From Ginglymostoma cirratum (Eukaryota), in the NCBI GenBank assembly GCA_024137785.1, contig JAHRHZ010000059.1:2396952-2460951 (forward strand): 64,000 bases of DNA, in the 5' to 3' direction. Made by a program: the position numbers and the translations under genes. The notes under the pieces were generated by a model, which made no database searches, was not told the DNA's origin, and was given only the letters and a program-made list of their open reading frames with translations. Each line of letters starts with the position of its first letter. The first letter of the stretch is position 1. Of this stretch, positions 51,475 to 61,577 are shown piece by piece.

Positions 51475-51790
51475 CTAAGTGCTGTATTGAAGGAAAATGA
51501 TATTGTCAAAGGTGGCATCTTTACAAAGGAAAGTTAAAGCAAGATCTGTTTGACATCTCTGCTGGACGTAAAAGATCTATGTTGGCATTTCACAGGCGTA
51601 TGGGAGGGTTTCTCACCAATAGTTATTCCTCAATCAAAATAAAGAGATCTGGACGTCATCACATTGCTCCACTAAAATTGATTCCTGCCTTTCCTATATT
51701 ACAGCAGTGACTACGGTTGCGGAAGTACAAAAATTGGCTGTAGGGCATTTTGCAACTTTAAAGGCTATATGAATACATATTTTTTCTTAT
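51475..51790 (+). mobile_element. Old Deu-domain SINE
   Basis: tggacgtaaaagatct and ggtggcatcttt Deu-like motifs. Confidence 0.5.
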
Positions 51791-53069
51791 ACACTGTCTG
51801 GGGATTCATTAATGTTTTTGTACACTGGGCAGATCTTCACATTCCGATTGACTTCGAAAGATGGCAATGTTAAATTTACTTATTGGGTGGATCAGAGCAT
51901 TTTTCCTGGGAAATTAGCAATTAATCTCTTTGTTTATCCTGAAGCAAGAATGCTTGATCATTTGGGAAAATATGACAAGATCAGCAGAAACGAGAATCTT
52001 GATGTTAAGGAGAAAATGTCAGATTCTCCAATCAGGCTTTGAATGGTGAGATTAGAATCTCACTAGTGAGTGATGTGAGACATATTTGCAAGCAATTGCA
52101 TGCGATTGGTACTTAGTCTCACTTCATTTATTTGCATTATACTTTTCTCCCACCTGCCAGATATAACCTAGATGATGACAATTCCTATTGTAAAAGTAGG
52201 TAATCGACAACTCCAGCTCACTACTTTTCCCCCTTGAGCCTCCATCTTGGACAGGAGTCCCCAACACCTCAGGACATGCTGCATGGGTAGCGGCTGCTCA
52301 TACCCTACTATCCACAGATTTTGGCATCAGACACATACTGACCTCTTTGCATGATCATGACACATCTCCAAAGTAGCAATCACCTTCCACGGTTCCATGA
52401 CTTGTGCAATGTACAGGAGCTGCTTATTTCAGATCTTTGTCTATAAAATATCCACATCATTATCCTACATGCAATGCTCCCTTTCTTGGGTACTGTGGGG
52501 GTTTGGGAAGTTGACAGGAAGATTCTCATTACTGATGCCACATGGGCAATGTTTGACTGAGTAGGCGTCAGAAGGCTGGAGCAGCAGACAACTGAATGAG
52601 GACATTGATGTGCAAGGTACATGTCAGATATATCCCACTGGCCTCCTTGCAGGGGCCTCCTTGCCCCAATGCTTGGAGAATGCTTTTTAAATGTTATTTG
52701 TATGTGCTGCAACTACTGAATCATTATACTAGGAGGAGATGCTTCGCTTCTGGTATTGACCAAATAGACTCATTGGAGCCATTCTCAATGGATCCAGGCA
52801 TAGAAGCTGTGGGCATCTCTGTGGCTGTAGCTTCATGATCTACTACATGAATGGATGAAAAGTACACGTTCCTGGAAGCCCAGGGCCAACATTAACCTCC
52901 AGCAAATATGGATCCATCTCCTATGGGGAGCTTACAGCCTCAGATGCTGCCATGATGCGGTGAAGATGCAGAAAAGCTGTCATTATTTGTCTTCCATGGA
53001 ATACCGTGTGGATGAGACAGGGGAAGTGGTATAATACTCGGCCAGGGGTGTCAGTCAGAACAATATGTG

Positions 53070-53372
53070 ATCTTCCTTCAGGCAGAAGTTACAGAAGCTT
53101 GAACACTCACACACACACACACATACACCAAAACAGGTTCAACAACAGCTTCTTCCCTGCTGTTATTAGACTACTGAATGGACCTCTCTACTTTCAAATC
53201 TACCGTTGACCTTGCTTTTATGCACTTCCTGTGCAGTTGTAACCTTGTATGCATCATTCTGTCTAAGCAAACTGTGATCAGTATGTCCTTGTTTGCTATG
53301 ATCTGCCTGTACTGCTGGCAACACAAAACATTTCACTGTACTTATGTACATATGATAACAATAAATTCAATT
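53070..53372 (+). mobile_element. Rex1/Babar-like LINE 3' end
   Basis: LPSGRSYRSL...RFNNSFFPAVIRLLN C-terminus; tail tttcactgtac...acaataaattcaatt. Confidence 0.7.
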
Positions 53373-54525
53373 CTTTCCAGCATTTCTGCAATGCAACACC
53401 TTCTTCCACTGAGGCCAATGAGGGACATAGGATGATCCCTTGACATCAGGTTTCTATACAGATTATGTCTGTGGCTTCACACCAATACTGTACAGAAGGC
53501 CATTTGATCTGTGGAACCACTGTTGCAAACAAACAAAAAGCACATTGAGGCTATGAGGTGGATAATGTGGATTGAAGAGAGCCAAAGAATAGAGTAAGAA
53601 GATAACGGTGTTCTTCAGATAGAATAATAGAATAGATACAGTACAGCAATCATGGCAAAAACAATGCAGGCGGGACTTCTTTGTGAATATCTTTCAACTG
53701 AGTTGTGTGAAGTCAGCTTTCACAGACTGCAAGGTGGAGGTGGAGGGCCTGTACACTTTTGGAGTGTCCTGAGAGGAGACTTTGGAAGGGGAGGTCCTGG
53801 ATGCACTTCCTCCTCCACATGGGTGCCTGGTGCCATGACTGTATCTCCTTGTGAGGAAGGGGCACCTGGAGTGATGTCAAGATCCCTCAGCCCTCTGCCA
53901 CCTTACCATTTTTACTGAGTACTAAAGGCTAGAGCTAGAAGACTCTGTGCTCATACCCAACAGACACTGAGTATATTGGACCTAGAGCTCCATGGCAACC
54001 ACTTACCTATCCTGGAGGTAGCCAGACTGCAGCATGGACATTCTTGTGAATCTTGGATAACCTCAAATTAGAGACCTGCATTCCTCTTTTATGAAATCTG
54101 CTTATTATGCAGCTTTCAGATGGTGGGAAAAACACAGAACAAATAGATTGGGAGCACTAATGTTTATGCAAGGGGAGGAGAATAAAAGGAGTTCCGGAAC
54201 AATTTTCTGACAATCTGAACGGCAGGAGCAAAAGGAACATGCGAAAAGAGAGAAATGGTGTAAAACCAGCTTTACAAGGAATTAACTTATGCAAAGAAAG
54301 AAGTTAAGAGCTAAAATGTTTACTACAATTTGTCAGGTGCTGGATGCATTTATTCAAATGATATTAGCCCAACAAGGTTAAGCACTTAAGAAAGACGTTA
54401 ATGTTGAACTTTTAACTATATTTCCTTATTTTTCTATTATTTTGCACCTAAGATTTTGTACCTAGGTATTCTTGTACCTAAGATGTTGCTGGGAATGACG
54501 ACATTGCACACTTTTTGCTGTACTC

Positions 54526-54835
54526 CGGCACGGTGGCTCAGTGGTTAGCACTGCAGCCTCACAGCGCCAGGGACCTGGGTTTGATTCCAGCCTCAGGTGG
54601 CTGTCTGTGTAGAGTTTGCACATTCTCCCCGTGTCTGCGTGGGGTTTCCTCCGGGTGCTCAGGTTTCCTCCCACTGTCCAAAGATGTGCAGGCTAGGTGG
54701 ATTGGCCATGCTAAATTGCCCATAGTGTTCAGGGGTGTGTGGGTTATAGGGGGATGGGTCAGGTGGGATGGTGCAAGGGTCAGTGTGGACTTGTTGGGCC
54801 GAAGGGCCTGTTTCCACACTGTAGGGATTCTAATG
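54526..54835 (+). mobile_element. HE1-type V-SINE, full length, young
   Basis: cggcacggtggctcagtggttagc head, V domain, tail gggccgaagggcctgtttccacactgtagggattct. Confidence 0.92.
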
Positions 54836-55759
54836 AAAAAAATTCCTGTATCCCTGTACTTAAGTACAGGTGACAATAAAATCTAATTCTAATTCTAACT
54901 GTTTGAACCAGATGAGTCACACCAGTGACTAGATGAGTTTCACTGTTTGTCCTACTCAGTAAAAGCACATTGGTCTGCTTATTTGATGTGAAATGTATTT
55001 CTTTTAGTATTATTCTTTTAGTTCTTTTAAGTGTTAAAATATACTCTATATCTAAAGGTGAAGGTAATTGGCAGTGAAATTAATTAATCTCCAACATATT
55101 TGTTGGCCTTTATAATTTTTACTTCACTAAAAGTTAAATCTGCAAGGCATCAGCCTTTATTAGCTTCTTTAAAAATGCTGCATGTGGTAGTTCTAATTGA
55201 ATTACTTTGCCATGAAGTCATATTTCACTGCCCTCTGGAGAAACCAAAATCACAAAAATACTTTCTCAGGTTGAAAATGAAGATATGCACAGGACTGTTC
55301 TGTGCTAAGATTTGTCAATATATTACTTCAGAGAAGTGAGGAAATATTGCAAACATTTTACAAACTGGAATTACACCACTTACATTAACTTTTAGATTAT
55401 GCCTGCCAAAGAAACAACACTGTCACCGAGCAAAGCACTCCTATAATCATTTGTCTTATGAACCCTAATGTTGAAAGGTTAATACCACAGCAAGTTGTAT
55501 TTATACAATTTTAATTTAAGTATATCTACATGCTCTTCACAGAAAGAATAAAGTCAACATGGAACATAGGAGGAAGTGAATGAGAAAGAGATCTTAACAT
55601 TAGACTGGTAATGTTAATGTTAGAATAGTTTACAAAATGTAACATTAGTTCCATATTACTAAATAACACACAATGCAAAATTTGAATTGAAAATTCCTCT
55701 TTCTGTGGTCTTACTTTCATTTTCCATTTCTCTTAATTTAAATTCTCCCTTTGTGCTTA

Positions 55760-57930
55760 TTTTTATTCACTCATGGGATGTGGCTGTTATTGGCTGGGCC
55801 AACATTTATTGGTCATCCGTAGCTGCCCTTGAGAAGATGATAGTGAACTGCCTTCTGAACTACTGCAGTCCACGAGCTGTAGGTGGATGCACAATGCCAT
55901 ACAGGAGTGAATTCTAGGATTTTAATACAGTTACATTGAAGAAACAGCAGTAAATATCCAAATCAGGTTAGTGAGTAGCTTGAAGGGGAACTTGCAGGTG
56001 GTGAAGTTCTCGTTCATCTCCTGCCCTTATCCTTCTAGATGAAAATGGTCGTGGGTTTGGAAGGTGCTGTCTCAGGAACCATGGGAATTCCCGCAATGAA
56101 GTTTGTAGATGGTACACACTGCTCCTACTATACATCAATAGCAGAATGGGTGAAAGTTTGTGGGAGTGGTGCCAAACAAGTGGGTTACTTTTCCCTAAAT
56201 AGTGTCAGGTTTCTTTTGCATTTTTAGAGCTGCACTTATCCAGGCAGGTGGAGAGTATTCCTTCATATTCCTGACTTGTGCCGTCTAGATGGTAGATAGG
56301 CTTTGGAGAACGAGGAGGTAAGCTACTCATTTCAGAATTCCTAGCCTCTGACCTGCATTTTTAGCCACTATCTTGTGTGGTGAGTCCAGTTCAGATTCTG
56401 GTCAATGATAATGGATGTTGAGAGTGAGGGAATTCAGTTATGGGAATGACATGGAATCTCAAGGGGCAATCCCTAATCCCTTAGAGTAATCCCCACTTGC
56501 TCAGAGGATACTTAAGAATCAACGACATTGCTTTGTGTATGGAGAGATAGTGGGAACTGCTGATGCTGAAGAATCTGAGATAACAAGGTGTAGAGTTGGA
56601 TGAACACAGCAGGCCAAGCAGCATCAGGGGAGCAGGAAAGCTGACGTTTCGGGTCAAGACCCTTCTTCAGANNNNNNNNNNNNNNNNNNNNNNNNNNNNN
56701 NNNNNNNNNNNNNNNNNNNNNNNNNNNNNNNNNNNNNNNNNNNNNNNNNNNNNNNNNNNNNNNNNNNNNNNNNNNNNNNNNNNNNNNNNNNNNNNNNNNN
56801 NNNNNNNNNNNNNNNNNNNNNNNNNNNNNNNNNNNNNNNNNNNNNNNNNNNNNNNNNNNNNNNNNNNNNNNNNNNNNNNNNNNNNNNNNNNNNNNNNNNN
56901 NNNNNNNNNNNNNNNNNNNNNNNNNNNNNNNNNNNNNNNNNNNNNNNNNNNNNNNNNNNNNNNNNNNNNNNNNNNNNNNNNNNNNNNNNNNNNNNNNNNN
57001 NNNNNNNNNNNNNNNNNNNNNNNNNNNNNNNNNNNNNNNNNNNNNNNNNNNNNNNNNNNNNNNNNNNNNNNTGGATGAACACAGCAGGCCAAGCAGCATC
57101 AGGGGAGCAGGAAAGCTGACGTTTCGGGTCAAGACCCTTCTTCAGATAAGGGTCACTTTTCTGAAGAAGGGTCCAGACCCGAAACGTCAGCTTTCCTGCT
57201 CCTCTGATGCTGCTTGGCCTGCTGTGTCCATCCAGCTCTACACCTTGTTATCTCTGTGTATGGAGTTGTGTGTAGGTTAGACTAGGTAAGGATGGTAATT
57301 TCCTTCCCCTGGGACATTAGTTTCATTGTCAAAAATCGACAATAGTTTCATGGTTGCCATTAGGCTAGCTTTAAATTCCTGATTGTTATCAAGTTCAGAT
57401 TTCACCAACTGGCATCGTCGGTTTCATGCCTTCAGAACAATATCTTGGGTCTCTAGATTGCTAGTTCAGCAAGTTCACCTCTGCCACTATTTATCTTGAA
57501 GGAGTTGGTAATTGCCTGATACTTGGGTGGCATGGATGTTACTTGCCGCTTGTCAGCTCAAGACTGGATATTATCCAAATCTTGTTGCATTTGAACATGG
57601 ACTGCTTCAGTGTTTGAGAAGTCATAAATGGTTCTGAATATTGTGTAATCATCGATGAAAACCGCTACCTCTAATCTTATGATGGAGGGAAGATCAACGA
57701 TGAAGCAGCTGAAGATGGTTGGACCGAGGACACTACTCTGAGGATCTCCTGCAAAGACAAATGACCTTCAACAACCACAACCATCTTCCCATGTGCAAAG
57801 TATGACTCCAACCAGCAGAGAAATTTTCCCCCAGTTATCATTGGCTCCAATTTTGTGAAAGGTCCTTGATGTCATATTTGATCAAATTCAGCCTAGACAT
57901 CCATAGCAGTCATTCTTACCGCCCTCCCCG
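55760..57930 (-). mobile_element. Second-family LINE (55760-56465 and 57500-57930) interrupted by SINE and PLE mini-element
   Basis: Tail at 55760-55830; body similar to 2150-2730 and 4935-5570. Confidence 0.7.
56545..57254. mobile_element. Fold-back family A mini-element spanning a gap, intact cores on both strands
   Basis: Cores 56643-56670(-), 57118-57145(-), 57161-57188(+); TSD tgtgtatggag 56534-56544 / 57255-57265. Confidence 0.85.
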
Positions 57931-60264
57931 AGTTTGATTTAAATTTTGTCTACATAGTTCTTGTTTTTTTATAAACTAATTTTATTCATATGTTCAAAGC
58001 CTTTTACTCATAATAAAATTTAACTTAAACCATATTCTGACATTTTAAAAGACTTATTGAATTAATCAAATTATTTGTCTAAAATAATCTGCACTTTCAA
58101 ACATCTATATACTTACATGATGACATGGGACAGAATGTTCCATGAAAGTGTTCGGATCAGAGTCACTTACAGTCTTGGTCCTTCAAGAATGCTTTATTAT
58201 ATTCATGACTCTGTTGTGATTCCACTTTGAGGTGACTGCGCATCTTTCTATGTGTCTCAGCAGTGCTGATCTTTCATATAAGGATGCCAATTCTAGAGCT
58301 GTTGGCCCTGTCTTCGGTCTGGCAGTGTCAGAATCCTGTCTTGATCAAAGAGCTAGAATGCAGTCAATTAAGAGACCACCTCCTGTGAAATAGTTCAATG
58401 GGTCTGTCTTCTAATAAGTGCAGGCTTAGGACCCTCTCTTGGCCCTAAAACTGTGATTCTAAAAGTTGTGGGAAAATTCTGCCTATTTTCTCTAGCCCCT
58501 AAATCATCCTCCTATTACTGGAAAATGGGGTCTGAGATGTATGCTCACACTTCTGATTGGAAGTGTGCTGGACAGCAGTGTATGCACATAACAACTGCTA
58601 GGAGCATGCAGAGCTGCCAAATTGGGATATCAGTCATTGTGCAATTTACTGATTTCACTCAAACATTTCAATTTCTGATAACCACTCTACAACCATACCC
58701 TCCCTTGCACAGCTGAATATATTAAACAGCATATACCTCCACCAGTGCAATTTAAGGTGATTATTAAACATTCACAAGTTAGTTGCTGGTTTACTTCTTT
58801 CTGGTTGTTGGTGCAATTGTGCATGTTTTGCTAAGCATTTCCATACTTCCCAAACTTTGAGGACTCTGCCTGGCAAAGTCTAGCTGGTTCCGAGGTATTA
58901 TATTTTTGATTCCATTTGCTTCCAGATATGAATGGCCTGATAAGCCTTCATTTTGGAATCAAGCATGGCTGGAAGAATGAAAAGAGCCCAAACAAAGCAG
59001 AACATGCTGCTAGAAGAGGAGCAGGATTCGGAGACAGGTTCACAGCAGGTTTTATATTCACCGAGAATGTTAAGAGCTTTAATTCTCTTAGCTCAACTTC
59101 GGCAATGACTGACAGTTCAGAACTTGGTGCTTCATTAATGTGATAATGACGGAAATCTGCAAAATTCTGCAGCCACCAATAGAACCTCAACCATGCAGGA
59201 ATACATTGATTTTAGTTGTCAATGTTATCCTGGATCTTTGTTTTTGTGATTCTAACTCCTTCTAATGCTGCTGGAGGCATCAGCAACATATCACATTTTG
59301 CAGTACTTTACTATCTGAGGGAATGCACTGAGGCTTTATAGAGACATAACCTCGCGTCATTCCCACTTGCCAGAGACAAGCAGACAGAATGAGCCTGAGG
59401 GTTTGGAAATGTTGCTGGCTTCCCAAAAGCGCAGGGTAACATTTAACTGCATCCCATCACTTTTCAGCAGCCTCTTATGAACTTGGCTGTTTTTGTGAGT
59501 TCCAGTTCCTCTGGATGCTACTCTGGATACTCCAATACTATGCAACTAGTATTTGAACACAGTCCGTCTAATCAGAAATAACAACTCTTTTATCATGTGA
59601 CAGGCCTCTGCATTCAAAACATAATGACTAGTCAAATGCTGGTTGTTGAGTTGTTAACTCATCACATGGCTCATCACTGTATTAAACACGCAGTAGGAGA
59701 TGTGCAAAGACAGCCATGCTTCCTCACGGAATGTTATAGGTTGCACCCATCAGCATTCTCAAGCAATTCTCGGACTGCCCTGGAGAAATGCTGCAGGAGT
59801 GGTTCTCAAATTTTCTATATTATGGACCAGACCAAACCTCCTCAAAATATATTAAGCAGATAATTTAGACCCTAACTTTTTCTCATTTTAAAGGTAGGTG
59901 CAATTTGTTGCATTCCAGATACAATTTGATTGGTCAAACTACTCGACTTAGGCAAAACACACTTTGGTCATAGACAATTGATAAATTGCAACAAAAGAAA
60001 AAATAAAGCAAAGAAATGGCTTAGCTGTAATTCTATCAAAATGCTTAACAATGTAATAGGTATGTAACTATTACCAATTAACTGTTCCAATATTGTAACA
60101 TCCCATATGCACACCCTTGACAAAGGTAAATTCAGAAAAACAGAATGTCTCACATGCAACTTGGGCAGCAGGAACCGAACCCCCAGCAGAAACTGCTGAA
60201 AGTTAAAACAAAATTTTTGTTCTGTCGGAGCTTGACCACACCCATTCAGGCTGCTTCTATTCAT

Positions 60265-60449
60265 AGATCATAGAATGCCTACAGTGTGGAAACAGGCCCT
60301 TCAGCCCAGCAAGTCCACACCAACCCTCGGAGCATCTCACCCAGACCCATCCTCCTATAACCCATTAAATCCACGCATCCCTGAACACTATGGGCAATTT
60401 AGCATGGACAATCCACCAAGCCTGCACATCTGTGGACTGTGGGAGGAAA
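60265..60449 (-). mobile_element. HE1-type SINE, 5'-truncated
   Basis: Reverse complement of 54665-54830. Confidence 0.85.
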
Positions 60450-60589
60450 TTGTCACAACCTTTAAAAAAAACCCAAGGCCTCACAAGCTGTTTACTCCAG
60501 TGGCTCTGTATAGACTGCTTTTAAAGCAATAGGATCGTCACATCTACCAGTAAGCTTCATGCTCTACAACCTGCCCATTGTGAGGGAAG

Positions 60590-60725
60590 AAATCTGTGGT
60601 CACACGTTGATTCACATTGAAGGAATGGAATCCCTTTAAGTTTAAAGAATTCTTTGGATGCCTCACTGCACACAGTGTTGAGTCTACACTCACATTGTGA
60701 GGTTCACAGAACCCTGGGCCTTGGC
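60590..60725 (-). mobile_element. PIF/Harbinger transposase remnant
   Basis: Minus-strand NLKGFHSFNV followed by frameshifted CDH (cf. NRKGFHSLNVQ.VCD). Confidence 0.55.
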
Positions 60726-61494
60726 CACTGATCTCACCATAATGTAGATGATTCTGCAGTTGGAGACTACACCAAAATGCATGCTAGTTGCCCTTTAAGT
60801 GGTCAGTTTGGATAGTGGATGTGATGAAAAGGAAGGGATGGGGGGTCAGTGTCTGTATTTGCAGTCTGTTAAGAGGCTGGGAGTACTGTTGTCCAGCTAG
60901 GGCTGAGATGGAGATGACCTGAGTGATGAAGTCTTCGAGGTTTTGAGAGAGCATGGAATTCTTAGGGCTGGAGATCATGATAAATGCTTACCTGTAGGTA
61001 ACAAACAAAATTCTGGCTTCCTCAGGAAAACCAAAGGTGCAGCAGTAGCCAGGAACAAGCATTGGTTCCCATTTTTACACTTGCAAACACTCCAACACCG
61101 GCTTCATATGAGGTGAAAGGATATCACCAAGATGGCATCCCACACACTTCCTGCTAGAAGTGTACATGAGAATCTTACACCCATCTTTATGTAGCCACAT
61201 AGAACCTATAAACAGATACTGTATGGTTCAACCTATCCTGTAATACATATTTATTTAAAACATAAAAATAACTTTTTTAAGCATAATACAAAATTTCCTC
61301 AAACATAATTCTTCCTTCTTTAAAATGTGCTTTTAACTTTTTCCCACTGTGTTGTTCAATCAATAAAAGTAAATGATAAATAAAAAGTGACATTTTGTTC
61401 AGCAAAGAAACTGGACCAAAGCCTACTCTCCTTATGATTTATAAACGAGTAATGGCTTCTAGGCATTTTCTTTGCATATCAAGAGATGTTATTA

Positions 61495-61577
61495 CACTCC
61501 CCTGGAGCAGGTGGAACTTGAACCTGGGTCAGCTAGCCCAGAGGTAGGGATACTACCACTGCATCTCAATAGCCCTA
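61495..61577 (-). mobile_element. tRNA-like SINE head
   Basis: Minus gcagtggtagt (A-box-like) and ggttcaagttcc (B-box-like). Confidence 0.5.

Noticed and set aside
54526-54600. Functional tRNA gene
   Set aside because: tRNA-like head continues into the SINE V domain and tail
59815-60262. Possible LTR-like repeat
   Set aside because: No second copy, clear termini or TSD in the window
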